From an uncultured Acidobacteriota bacterium (lineage in GTDB: Bacteria; Acidobacteriota; UBA6911), in assembly GCA_963843575.1 (NCBI GenBank), contig CAWJKZ010000024.1, positions 224,001 through 288,000 on the forward strand: a stretch of DNA of 64,000 bases, written 5' to 3'. Under the pieces are notes generated by a model, which was not told the DNA's origin, made no database searches, and worked only from the letters and a program-made list of their open reading frames with translations. Position numbers and translations under genes: made by a program. Below, one piece after another: positions 52,917 through 64,000 of the stretch. Each line of letters starts with the position of its first letter. Positions within the stretch are counted from its first letter, which is position 1.

Positions 52917-52946
52917 AAAAGAGGCGGCCCGAAGGCCGCCTCGTTT
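52917..52946 (-). terminator. Terminator after pilA
   Basis: GAGGCGGCC-CGAA-GGCCGCCTC stem with a T-run on the minus strand. Confidence 0.8.
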
Positions 52947-52995
52947 CGCGAGACCTGTAATGCTGGTAGTTGGCTCGCTGCCCTCACGCGGCAGA

Positions 52996-53484
52996 CTAAC
53001 CGCCGGTCTTCCCGATGGGATCGCCCGCGGTTACGCCCGAAGGAAGCGTCGCAGGAGCTATAGCCGAGATATACCGGACGACCTGATCCGGCGCGATGCC
53101 GTAAACGAAACGGCCCATGCCGGTCGACGCAGGCGTCGCGGTGAAACCAAAGGCATTCGGAACGGCGCCGGCCGCCGCCGCGCCTGTAAGGCTGGTGACC
53201 TCCTGGTAGTTGTAGCCGTTCACTCCCTGGGTGCCGGTTGCGGTGAACCGGGCGTCGAGGAAGTTCTGGGCGACGAGTGTGGTGACGTTGGTGTACATCT
53301 GGTTGTTGGTGGCGGCGAAGGCGATCTCGGCGGAGCCGATCGTACGGCAACCCTGGATAGCGCCCGCTTCATTGGCGGCCTGACGGGACGTCAGCAGGCT
53401 GGGGATTGCGATGGCGGCAATGATGGCGATGATCGCCACGACGATTAAGAGTTCTACGAGTGAAAATCCCTGTTCGTTCTTCAT
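52996..53484 (-). CDS. pilA: Type IVa major pilin
   Basis: MKNEQG|FSLVELLIVVAIIAIIAAIAIP prepilin motif, GGAGAGGAG RBS, sigma54 promoter, next to pilSR. Confidence 0.9.
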   Translation of the reverse strand: MKNEQGFSLVELLIVVAIIAIIAAIAIPSLLTSRQAANEAGAIQGCRTIGSAEIAFAATNNQMYTNVTTLVAQNFLDARFTATGTQGVNGYNYQEVTSLTGAAAAGAVPNAFGFTATPASTGMGRFVYGIAPDQVVRYISAIAPATLPSGVTAGDPIGKTGG

Positions 53485-53530
53485 GTAATCTCCTCTCCAC
53501 GGTAACGTGCCATGTGGTCGCCCTGTGGAA

Positions 53531-53547
53531 TTGCAATAGGCGTGCCA
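53531..53547 (-). promoter_or_regulatory. Sigma54 -24/-12 promoter of pilA
   Basis: Minus strand TGGCACGCCTATTGCAA, consensus match. Confidence 0.9.
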
Positions 53548-53738
53548 GCGGCGCCCACGCGGGGAAAGATTTCATCGGCCGACAAAACCCCTTCATTCAT
53601 GCAGTTACCGCCTAAGACGAATCCGGGCATTCGCTGGTTGAATCCGACGGCTGCCGCGACTTGATGCGCACCGTCAAACGGGTGACGAAAACCATCAAAA
53701 CCGTCAAAGGTTGAACCGCCCCCCCAGCCCGTAAAACG

Positions 53739-53874
53739 AGTGGGTCCGGGCTTCAGCCCGGACGTCTGTTGATCGGATCTATGTGGCGACGGGCGCACGC
53801 TATAGCGACCGCAAACAGCGTCCGGGCTGAAGCCCGGACCCACTTAGTGCTCGTGTTCATAAATACGCTAACGT
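53739..53874. repeat. REP family A inverted pair abutting a family C end motif
   Basis: REP-A pair 53739-53845; CTTAGTGCTCGTGTTCATAAATACGCTAACGT at 53843-53874. Confidence 0.85.
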
Positions 53875-53886
53875 TTTGAGGATCCC

Positions 53887-55310
<1,424 letters not shown>

Positions 55311-55415
55311 GTCGCCACGTTCCAGGTTCGTGCTTCCTCAGCAGTCCATCGAGCCCGCGCGAGCTCTTCGAGGCTCTTAGAGCCCTTCGTGAGGCAAGGC
55401 TTTTAAAGCTTCACC

Positions 55416-57168
55416 TCACAGACTCAAAGCACTCGAAGATTCTCGAACCGTTTCCCTCAATTCCGCCGCCGGGACGGTGGGGAGCCGCACGGTCACCTTT
55501 GTGCCGCGTCCCTTTTCGCTTTGCACCGAGATGCTGCCGTTGTGATCCTGCAGGATCTGGAAGGTGATGCTGAGGCCGAGCCCGGTGCCGCCGGCGAAAC
55601 CGGAGTGAAAGGGCTGGAACAGCTGCTCCTGCTCCTCGCGCGTCATACCGACCCCCTCGTCCTCGAACACCGATCTCGGCGCCTCCCGGTCGAGGAGACG
55701 GGTGCGGATGACGACGGCGCCTCCCTCGCGGCATGGACCGCAGCCCGTTGCGCGTGATGTTCCAGAACACCTGCCTGAGCTGGTCGGCATTGCCCACGAC
55801 CGGGATGCGCGGTGCTTCCAGCTTCAGGCTGATCGCGTGCCGGCTGCGGACCTCCGGGTCGTTCTGCAGCAGCGCCACGGAGTCCTTCAGGAGCGCGGAC
55901 GAGGTCCATGGGGCGGCGCGGGTATTTCCCCGGCCGGGCGAAGTTCAGGAAGTCTCCCACGAACTTGTCCAGCCGGTCGCTTTCCCGGACGATAATGTCA
56001 AACAGCCGCTCGTCGCTCTTGGGGACGGTCAGGTGCGAGCGCAACAGCTCCACCGAGCCGCGCATGGAGGTCAAGGGGTTGCGGATCTCGTGCGCAATTC
56101 CGGCGGCCATCCGCCCGACGGCCGCCATCCGGTCCTTGACCCGCACCTCCTCCTCGAGCCGCTTGATATCCGTCAGGTCCTGGAACGAGATGATGTAGCC
56201 GAGCAGGTGACGGCCGTGGTCCACGAGCGGCGATACGCTGTAGCCGAGGTAGCGGCGGCCTCCGCTGCTCAGCGAGACCCACTCTTCGTACCGCAGAGGG
56301 CGTGCGCTCTTGAAGAGATCGGCGGAGAGGATCTGGTCCCAGAGGCTCTTGCCCAGAACGTACCAGACCGGCTGCCCGAGCGTGTGGGCGGCGGTCTTTT
56401 CCGATGAGCTCCTCCGCGGTGTTGTTAAACACGGCGATCCGGCCCTGGAGATCGGTGGTGACCAGCCCGCTGCGGATGCTGCTGACGATGTGTTCGTTCA
56501 GCCCCTGGAGGCGCTTGAGCGAATAGATTTTTTCCTCCAGTTCCTCCTGCACCGCGTGCAGCCTGTCCGACAGGTAGGACCCCAGGAACGCGACGGCGAA
56601 GAAGCCGAGCGCATGCACGCTCGTGTGATACAGGAGCGGCATGATCCCGAGATGCGCATCGGCGGCCGGGAGCAGGTGGAGGCGCTCCGCGGCGATGACG
56701 GCCGAATAGAACGCTGCGCCCAGGACGGCGGCGGCCCGTGCCGCCGCGGCGTCCCAGGATCAGGCTGCAGTAGATCACCACGAGGAGGTACAACGAGACG
56801 AAGACGCTCTCGACCCCTCGGGTGTGAGCCACCAGCGCCGTAGTCAGGAGCAGGTCCACCGCGATCTGGAGATACACCTGTGGCATCAGCCAGCGGTTGG
56901 TCCACCAGAACGTGAGGTAGCTGATGGTCAGGCTGATCGTGAGCAGGTTGAAGAACGGCAGCGACGGGAACGGCCCCATACGCGACGGAAGGATGCCCAG
57001 GGGATCGGCGAGGTTCAGGGCCAGAAACAGGATGACGGCGCGCACGCCGATGAGCCACAGGAGTTTTTTCCTCAGCTCATCGGCGTGCACCGCCGTGAAG
57101 GCCCCGAGCGCTCGTCCCGCGGCGCCCGCGTGCGGCAGGATTTCCTCGACAGGCAAGGTCTTAGCCAC
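55416..57168 (-). CDS. pilS: Sensor histidine kinase, PilS-like (several frameshifts)
   Basis: N-terminal TM helices, PAS, AHEIRNPL, DEGVG, GTGLGL. Confidence 0.85.
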
Positions 57169-58374
57169 CGGACAACACTTGGATCAGTTTGAACATCGGC
57201 ATGTACATCGAGATCACGATGCCGCCGACGATGACCCCCAGGATGACCATCAGGAACGGTTCCATGATGGTGAGGAGGTTGTTGACCACGACGTCCACCT
57301 CCTCCTCGTAATAGTCGGCGATTTTGACCAGCATCGTGTCGAGTTCGCCGGTCGATTCGCCCACCGACACCATCTGGGTCACCATGGGTGGGAAGAACTT
57401 CGACTGTTTCATCGGCTCGGTGATCGTCTTGCCCTCTTCGATCTGCCGGCGCACCTCGCGTACGACCCCTTCGAGGACCGCGTTGCCGGCGGTCTTCGCC
57501 GTGATGTCGAGGCCCTCGAGTATCGGGACGCCGCTCGACAGCAGGGTGGCGAGGGTGCGGGTGAAGCGCGCGACGCCGATCTTGCGCAGGATGTCGCCGA
57601 GGGTCGGGATGCGCAGCAACATCGTGTCGACCGAGAGCTTCCCGCGCTCGGTCCGGTAGTAGCTCCGGAAGCGAGACGATGCCGACGATCACCGCCAGGA
57701 CGATGAAGATGAAGTAGCTTTCGAGGAAGTTCGAGAGGGCGATCACGATGCGGGTCATGAGCGGGAGCTCGACGTTGAATCCCTCGAACAGGGTCCGGAA
57801 GACCGGGACCACTTTCCACAGGATGATGCCGACGACGACGACGGCGACGCTGAGGATGAGCACCGGGTAGATCAGCGCCGAGCGCACCGCCCTTTTCAGC
57901 TTGACCATCTTCTCGATGAAGACCGCCAGGCGCTGGAGGATCGTGTCCATGATGCCGCCCGCTTCGCCGGCCGCGACCATGTTGGTGTACAGCGGGTCGA
58001 ACACCGCGGGATGGCGGGCCATGCCGTCGGCCAGGGTCGAGCCCGCTTCTACGTCGGCCCGCACCTGTTCCAGGGTGGACTTGAATGCCGCGTTGGGATG
58101 TTGCTGGCCGATGGCATCGAGGCACTGCACCAGCGGCAGCCCGGCGTCGAGCATGATCGAGAACTGCCGGGTGAAGATGGCGACCTCGGACTGGGGCACC
58201 TTGCGGCGGAAAGAGAAGTTGAACGACTGCGTCTTCTTCTCCTTGATGCTGATCGGCGCGACCTGCTCCCGGCGCAGGACGGCGGCGAGCGCCTGGGCGC
58301 TGTTGGAGAACCTCTCGCCGGCCACGCTCTCGTTGGTGCGGAGGTTGCGTCCGCGAAACGTGAATACTAGGCAT
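57161..58374 (-). CDS. pilC: Type IV pilus platform protein PilC (frameshifts)
   Basis: FTRQF..MLDAGLPL, AGEAGG, ARFTRTLATLLSSGVPIL, VGESTGELD. Confidence 0.92.
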
Positions 58375-58390
58375 AACGGCCTTTCAGGTG

Positions 58391-59524
58391 TCAGCGGCCG
58401 ACGCTTCCGACCGGTTCCGGGCGCCGCGGGCGCGCCGTGCCGGCCGTCAGGTTCAGCCCGACTCCACGGTGGATCAATTCCTGCAGCTCATCCGGATTGG
58501 AGGACTTGTTGACCGCGTCGTCCAACGAGATCTGCCGGGTCAGCACCAGGTGCGCCAGGGACTGGTTGAACGTCTGCATGCCGTACTTTTCCTGCCCGGT
58601 CTGCATCGAGCTGTAAATCTGGTGAATCTTGTCTTCGCGGATGAGGTTCCGGATGGCGCTGTTGGGGATGAGGATCTCCATGGCCATGCTGCGGCCGGAT
58701 CCGTTGGATCGGGGGATGAGGGACTGGCAGAGGATGCCCTCCAGCACCATGCTCAGCTGCGCCCGGATCTGGGGCTGCTGGTTGGCGGGGAAGATGTCGA
58801 CGATGCGGTTGATGGTCGCCGCGGCGCTGTTGGTGTGCAGCGTGGCGAACGTCAGATGGCCCGTTTCCGCGATCCGCAGGGCCGATTCCACCGTCTCGAA
58901 GTCGCGCATTTCTCCGATGAGCACTACGTCCGGGTCTTCGCGCAGCGCGACCCGCAGGGCGTCCCCGAACGAATGAGTGTCGTTGTTCACCTCGCGCTGG
59001 TTGACGATGCAGTTCTTGTGCGAGTGGAGGAACTCGATCGGGTCCTCGATCGTCAGGATGTGCTCGTTGCGCTGCCGGTTGATCTTGTCGATCATCGCTG
59101 CCAGCGTAGTCGATTTCCCGCACCCGGTCGGTCCGGTCACGAGGATGAGGCCGCGGGGCTTGTCGCACAGCGCTTCGACCACGGACGGCAGCCCGAGCGC
59201 CTCGAACGACTTGATCTCGAACGGGATCGCGCGGAAGACCGCAGCCGTGGCCCCGCGCTGGGTGAAAATGTTGGCGCGAAAACGGCACAGGTCCTTGATG
59301 CCGAAGGAAAAGTCGTATTCCCACTTCTCCTCGAACGCGTGTTTCTGGCTGTCGGTCATCACGCTGTAGGAAAGGCGCTTCGTGTCGGCGGCCGTCAGCG
59401 ACGGCATGTCGAGCGTCCGCAGCTTCCCGTCGACGCGCACCTGGGGGGGCGTCCCGATGGTGAGGTGGAGGTCGGAGCCCCCCGCCTGGATCAGCTTCTG
59501 AAGCATCTCGGCCAGCGTAATCAT
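58391..59524 (-). CDS. pilT: Retraction ATPase PilT
   Basis: GPTGCGKST, LREDPD, AETGH, AIRNLIRE. Confidence 0.95.
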   Translation of the reverse strand: MITLAEMLQKLIQAGGSDLHLTIGTPPQVRVDGKLRTLDMPSLTAADTKRLSYSVMTDSQKHAFEEKWEYDFSFGIKDLCRFRANIFTQRGATAAVFRAIPFEIKSFEALGLPSVVEALCDKPRGLILVTGPTGCGKSTTLAAMIDKINRQRNEHILTIEDPIEFLHSHKNCIVNQREVNNDTHSFGDALRVALREDPDVVLIGEMRDFETVESALRIAETGHLTFATLHTNSAAATINRIVDIFPANQQPQIRAQLSMVLEGILCQSLIPRSNGSGRSMAMEILIPNSAIRNLIREDKIHQIYSSMQTGQEKYGMQTFNQSLAHLVLTRQISLDDAVNKSSNPDELQELIHRGVGLNLTAGTARPRRPEPVGSVGR

Positions 59525-59537
59525 AAGGTGCACCCGC

Positions 59538-61268
59538 TCAGTTCAGGACCGATTCGCGCAGCACTTCGTCGAGGGTGGTCATGCCCGCCTTGATCTTGGT
59601 GAGCCCGCTCTGACGCAGCGTCAGCATCCCCTCTTCCACCGCCTTGCGCTTGATCTCGCGGGCCGAGGCGCCCACGAGGATGAGTTCCTGGATGTTCTCG
59701 GAGATTTCCATGACCTCGTAAAGCCCGATGCGCCCTTTGTACCCCGTGTTGTTGCAGGTCTTACACCCCTGCCCCGTGAACGTCTGGATGTTTTTCGCCT
59801 CTTCCTGCTGGAAACCTATGTTGACCAGCGCCTGGATCGGCGTCTTCGCCTCGGTCTTGCAGTCGGGGCAGATCTTGCGGATCAGACGCTGGGCGCAGAT
59901 CAGGTGGACCGAGGTGGCCACCAGGAAGGGCTCGATCCCCATGTTCAGCAGGCGGGAAATCGTCGATGGGGCGTCGTTGGTGTGGACGCTCGACAGCACC
60001 AGGTGGCCGGTGAGCGCCGCCTTGATCGCGATCTCGGTGGTTTCGAAGTCGCGGATTTCGCCGACCAGGATGATGTTCGGGTCCTGGCGCAGGAATGAGC
60101 GGAGCGCCGCGGCGAACGTCAGCCCGATCTGTTCCTTGATCTGGACCTGGTTGATGCCGCGGAAGTTGTATTCGACCGGGTCTTCCGCGGTCATGATGTT
60201 CGTCTCGGGCGTGTTGAGGCGGTTCAGCGCGGCGTAGAGCGTCGACGTCTTCCCGCTGCCGGTCGGCCCGGTCACAAGCACCATGCCGTACGGCTTCAGA
60301 ATCCCGGCCTCGACCCGCTTGAGCGAGGCTTCCTCGAACCCAAGCTTGCTCATGTCGAGCGGCAGGTTGTCGCGGTCGAGGATGCGCATGACGATCTTTT
60401 CGCCGAACAGCGTCGGCAGGGTAGAGATGCGGTAGTCGATCTCCTTCTTCTTGGTGTCGAAGGTGGTCCGGATCTTGATGCGGCCGTCCTGCGGCAGGCG
60501 CTTTTCCGAGATGTCCATCTTCGCCATGATCTTGATGCGCGAAGTGATCGCATCCTTCAGGCGCAGCGGCGGATTCATCATGTTGTACAGGATGCCGTCG
60601 ATCCGGAAGCGAACCCGGAAGTCCTTCTCGTAGGGCTCCAGGTGGATGTCGCTCGCCCCCTTCTTGAGCGAGTCGGATAGGATGAGGTTGACGAGCTTGA
60701 TGATCGGGGCCTCTTCGCTCGAGCGCTGCAGCTGATCGATCGAGACCTCCTCGGTCTCGTCCCCGGCGTCCAGGTCGAGCTCGAAGCTGTCCTTCTCCCC
60801 CAGCGCGATCTCGTCGTAGACCTTCTTCAATTCAATCGCGTGGACGGTGCCGTAGTACTTCTCGAGCGCCTCCTGGATCGAAACTTCCGAGGCGACCACG
60901 GGTTCGACGTTGAAACCCGTCATGAACTTGATGTCGTCCATGGCGAAGACGTTCGTCGGGTCCGCCGTCGCGATCGTCAGGGTGCTGCCGACACGGCTCA
61001 GCGGGATGATCAGGTACTTGCGCGCCGTTTCGACGGGGATGAGCTTGATTACCGAAGGGTCGATCTCAAAGTAGGAGAGGTTGATGGACGGCACGCCGTA
61101 TTGACGGCTCAACACCGACGTGATGTCGTCGTCGTCGACCAAGCCAAGCCCGATCAGGACCGAGCCCAGGCGGCCCCCGTTCTGCCGCTGATGCTTCAGC
61201 GCGGTGTCGAGTTGCTCGGCCGTGATGAGATTCTCCCGTACCAGCAGTTCGCCGATCTGTGATGGCAT
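59538..61268 (-). CDS. pilB: Assembly ATPase PilB
   Basis: N-terminal IGELLV (MshEN-like), ASDIHLEP, RLPQDGR, GPTGSGKT, LRQDP, CPDC/CKTC. Confidence 0.95.
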   Translation of the reverse strand: MPSQIGELLVRENLITAEQLDTALKHQRQNGGRLGSVLIGLGLVDDDDITSVLSRQYGVPSINLSYFEIDPSVIKLIPVETARKYLIIPLSRVGSTLTIATADPTNVFAMDDIKFMTGFNVEPVVASEVSIQEALEKYYGTVHAIELKKVYDEIALGEKDSFELDLDAGDETEEVSIDQLQRSSEEAPIIKLVNLILSDSLKKGASDIHLEPYEKDFRVRFRIDGILYNMMNPPLRLKDAITSRIKIMAKMDISEKRLPQDGRIKIRTTFDTKKKEIDYRISTLPTLFGEKIVMRILDRDNLPLDMSKLGFEEASLKRVEAGILKPYGMVLVTGPTGSGKTSTLYAALNRLNTPETNIMTAEDPVEYNFRGINQVQIKEQIGLTFAAALRSFLRQDPNIILVGEIRDFETTEIAIKAALTGHLVLSSVHTNDAPSTISRLLNMGIEPFLVATSVHLICAQRLIRKICPDCKTEAKTPIQALVNIGFQQEEAKNIQTFTGQGCKTCNNTGYKGRIGLYEVMEISENIQELILVGASAREIKRKAVEEGMLTLRQSGLTKIKAGMTTLDEVLRESVLN

Positions 61269-61272
61269 TTGC

Positions 61273-62178
61273 CTAAGTCGCCTTGCGCAAGAGGATGTCG
61301 ATGCTTGTGGTTACGAACAGCAACACGCTTATCCAGCCATTGATGGTGAAAAACGCGGTGTTGACACGCGTTAGATCCGACGGACGCACCAGGCTGTGCT
61401 CCCAGGCCAGCAACGCGGCCACGACCGCGAGCCCCGCCAGGCTGATTGCCCCGAGCCCCTCGCTGAGGAAGAGGAAGGCCAGTAGCGCGACCATGACCAG
61501 GTGCAGCAACCCGGAGATCCAGAGGGCGCCCTTGATGCCGAAGCGCTTCGGGATGGAGTGCAGTGGCTCGCCCCTGTCGAATTCGAGGTCCTGGCAGCCG
61601 TAGATGATGTCGAAGGCGGCCACCCACAAAACGACAGCCAGACCGAGGACGAGCGGCGTCGCCGACAAGCTCCCGCGCACGGCGATCCATGCCCCGATCG
61701 GGGCGCATGAAAGGGCGATGCCCAGGAACACGTGGCTCAGCCATGTGAAACGCTTGGTGTACGAGTAGAAGAACACGATCGCCAGGGCCAGCGGGCTGAG
61801 ACGGAAGGCCAGCGGGTTCAGCCGAAACGCCGCAAACACGAGCAGCGCGGCCGAAAGGGCCGTAAAGACTACCACGTACCCTCTGCCGACCAAGCCCTTC
61901 GGCAGCGCGCGCGCCGCCGTGCGCGGATTTCGGGCGTCGAAGGGTAGATCGATCAGTCTGTTGAACGCCATCGCCGCGCTCCGGGCTCCCACCATGGCCA
62001 ACATTATCCATCCGCACTGATCGGCACGAGGCAGCCCGCTCGCTCCGAGAAACGCGCCCAGAAAGGCGAACGGGAGCGCGAACAGCGTGTGCTCGATCTT
62101 CACCATCTCGAGCGTGATTTTCAGTCTTCTCAACAAAACGGCACCGTGCAGGGTCGCTCGCCCTTGCCGGACGACCAA
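61273..62178 (-). CDS. UbiA-family polyprenyltransferase (MqnP-like); true start probably 62106-62148
   Basis: IEHTLFALPFA, ARSAAMAFNRLID, NPRT, YSYTKR, FDIIYGCQD. Confidence 0.85.
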   Translation of the reverse strand: MVVRQGRATLHGAVLLRRLKITLEMVKIEHTLFALPFAFLGAFLGASGLPRADQCGWIMLAMVGARSAAMAFNRLIDLPFDARNPRTAARALPKGLVGRGYVVVFTALSAALLVFAAFRLNPLAFRLSPLALAIVFFYSYTKRFTWLSHVFLGIALSCAPIGAWIAVRGSLSATPLVLGLAVVLWVAAFDIIYGCQDLEFDRGEPLHSIPKRFGIKGALWISGLLHLVMVALLAFLFLSEGLGAISLAGLAVVAALLAWEHSLVRPSDLTRVNTAFFTINGWISVLLFVTTSIDILLRKAT

Positions 62179-62404
62179 TCCCGGGAAATGCCCCTGCCGG
62201 CAAGAGTGACTGCACTTCTGCTTAGTTATCGGCAGGAGGTCGTTAATTATTGAACAATTTTATTTTGCCCACGTTTCGGGCAAGTCCAACAAAACAAAAG
62301 AATAGCAAATCGCTTCCCCCCGAGTGGACGAATTGGCCCTCCCCATGATGTATCAACTCCGCCGCCAGTTTCCCGAGCAACGAATTTTGACCCAAATCCT
62401 GAAG

Positions 62405-62553
62405 AGGCTGTCCAACGGTTGATCTGCCCACCCTGCCCGTAAAGCAAGTGGGTCCGGGCTTCAGACCGGACGTCTTTAAAGCCGTTCCATAGAGTTCCAG
62501 CTGCCCTGCATAGCGACAGCAAACGGCGTCCGGGCTGAAGCCCGGACCCACTT
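62405..62553. repeat. REP family A composite, inverted relative to 3444
   Basis: Pair at 62446-62553; spacer and flank are the reverse complement of the 3444-3595 element. Confidence 0.9.
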
Positions 62554-62602
62554 GAGAAGCAACGCTCCGATCTGCTATTTTCTGTGTCCGGGAGGAACCG
62601 CC

Positions 62603-63742
62603 TTGATACGCATTCAGTCCGTTCATCTGCGCGAGATCCGCCTGCCCCTCGTCCACTTCTTCGAGACGAGCTTCGGCCGGACGTCGGTGCGCAGGATCAT
62701 CCTCCTGACCGTCCGTTCCGACGACGGCGCGGCCGGCTATGGCGAATGCACTGCCGCGGAGGACCCGTTCTACAGCAGCGAGACGACCGAGACCGCATGG
62801 CACATGCTGTGCGATTTCGTGGTGCCCCGGCTGCTCGGGCGCGACCTGAAGAACGCGGCTGAAGCGGACGGAATCCTGTCCCCGATCCGGGGCAACCGCA
62901 TGGCCCGGGCGGCGCTCGAGACCGCGCTTTGGGACCTCGAGGCGCGGCGCGCGGGCCTGCCGCTCTACCGCCACCTCGGGGGCGTGCGCGACGAAATCCA
63001 GTGCGGCGTGTCCATCGGGATACAGGATTCCGTCGCCCTGCTGGTGGAGAAGGTCCGGGAGGAAGTGAGACACGGGTACAGGCGGGTGAAGGTCAAGATC
63101 AAGCCCGGGTGGGAAAGGGAGCCGTTGCGGGCTATCCGGGCCGAGTTTCCCGACATCCCCTTGATGGCCGACGCCAACTCCGCCTTCACCCTGGCCGACC
63201 TGCCGCTCCTGCAGGAACTCGAGCGCTATGACCTCATGATGATCGAGCAGCCTCTCGGTCACGATGACATCGTGGACCACGCGGTGCTGCAGCGGCAGAT
63301 CGCCACGCCCGTGTGCCTGGACGAATCGATCCACACGGCGGAGGATGCGCGCAAGGCCGTCGAAATGGGGAGTTGCCGCATCATCAACGTGAAGCTGGGC
63401 AGGGTGGGAGGTTTTTCCGAGGCGCTCAAGATCAACGACTACTGCTGCAGGAACGGCGTCCCGGTCTGGTGCGGCGGGATGCTGGAAAGCGGTGTCGGCC
63501 GCGCTCACAACATCGCGATGTCGACCCTGTCGGGTTTCGTGCTTCCGGGGGACGTGTCCGCCAGCCGGAGGTACTATGCGGAAGACACCGTCGCGCCGCC
63601 GGTCGAGGTCACGCCGGAAGGTATGATCCGGGTGCCGCAATCTCCCGGCATAGGATATGCCCTGAACGAGCGCCGCATCGAGCAGGCGACCGTCCGGACC
63701 CGCGAGATCGTCCGCCGGCAGACGGGAGTCGTCGATGCCTGA
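62603..63742 (+). CDS. menC: o-succinylbenzoate synthase / N-succinylamino acid racemase (enolase superfamily)
   Basis: GGAGG RBS plus TTG; KVKIKPG, ADAN, IEQP, LDES, INVK, WCGGMLE, LPGD. Confidence 0.85.
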   Translation: MIRIQSVHLREIRLPLVHFFETSFGRTSVRRIILLTVRSDDGAAGYGECTAAEDPFYSSETTETAWHMLCDFVVPRLLGRDLKNAAEADGILSPIRGNRMARAALETALWDLEARRAGLPLYRHLGGVRDEIQCGVSIGIQDSVALLVEKVREEVRHGYRRVKVKIKPGWEREPLRAIRAEFPDIPLMADANSAFTLADLPLLQELERYDLMMIEQPLGHDDIVDHAVLQRQIATPVCLDESIHTAEDARKAVEMGSCRIINVKLGRVGGFSEALKINDYCCRNGVPVWCGGMLESGVGRAHNIAMSTLSGFVLPGDVSASRRYYAEDTVAPPVEVTPEGMIRVPQSPGIGYALNERRIEQATVRTREIVRRQTGVVDA

Positions 63743-64000
63743 CCGGATCGTCGGCATCCTGGGCGGCATGGGACCGGCGGCCACAGCCGACCTCTTCCTT
63801 GAAATCATCCGCCTGACGCCAGCTCGGGTGGACCAGGAACACATCCGGGTGCTGATCTACTCTAACCCGAAGATCCCCGACCGCACGAAGGCGATACTCG
63901 CCGGGGGCGAGGACCCCGTCCCGGAGATGGCCGACGCCGCGCGGGTGCTCGAGCAGGCGGGGGCCGGCATCCTGGCGATCCCGTGCAACAACGCGCACTG
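63735..64000 (+). CDS. Aspartate/glutamate racemase family, truncated by the window end
   Basis: GILGGMGPAAT, DQEH, IPDRT, IPCNNAH. Confidence 0.9.
   Translation, partial: MPDRIVGILGGMGPAATADLFLEIIRLTPARVDQEHIRVLIYSNPKIPDRTKAILAGGEDPVPEMADAARVLEQAGAGILAIPCNNAH

Noticed and set aside
52996-53484. Conductive e-pilin
   Set aside because: About 12 aromatic residues in 156 mature residues with long gaps; a full-length pilin
55354-55450. Imperfect 9-nt microrepeats (also 3352-3390 and 48283-48310)
   Set aside because: Too short and degenerate to assign to a family or function
61273-62178. DPPR synthase feeding pilin arabinosylation
   Set aside because: Motifs match MqnP/UbiA quinone prenyltransferases; no DprE1/E2-like genes seen

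Overview
High-GC bacterial chromosomal segment, most likely Acidobacteriota (inferred from the Cys-rich RpoB insert, pilin type and gene repertoire). Many single-base frameshifts interrupt even essential genes, so this looks like an unpolished long-read consensus; split ORFs are merged below. Left to right: a large secreted multicopper oxidase (truncated by the window edge); an FG-GAP protein with a Thr-rich stalk, a TPR protein and an ECF sigma/anti-sigma pair; a DUF1573-like protein; a secreted S-layer-like protein with high-expression signals followed by a 12 kb glycosylation/methylation cluster; the tRNA-tuf-rpmG-secE-nusG-rplKAJL-rpoBC core locus; a second ECF/anti-sigma/2xDUF4097 operon; an AP-superfamily/5'-nucleotidase fusion; GtrA, YfhO and other GT-C genes; a type IVa pilus locus (pilB-T-C-S-R, sigma54-driven pilA); and an OSBS/NSAR plus racemase pair. 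Best leads: (1) the S-layer candidate with its glycosylation cluster, plus a GT-C directly behind pilA; (2) three families of short palindromic repeats, one inserted in frame into coding sequence; (3) near-total G use at fourfold-degenerate sites confined to tuf; (4) an AP domain missing most catalytic residues.
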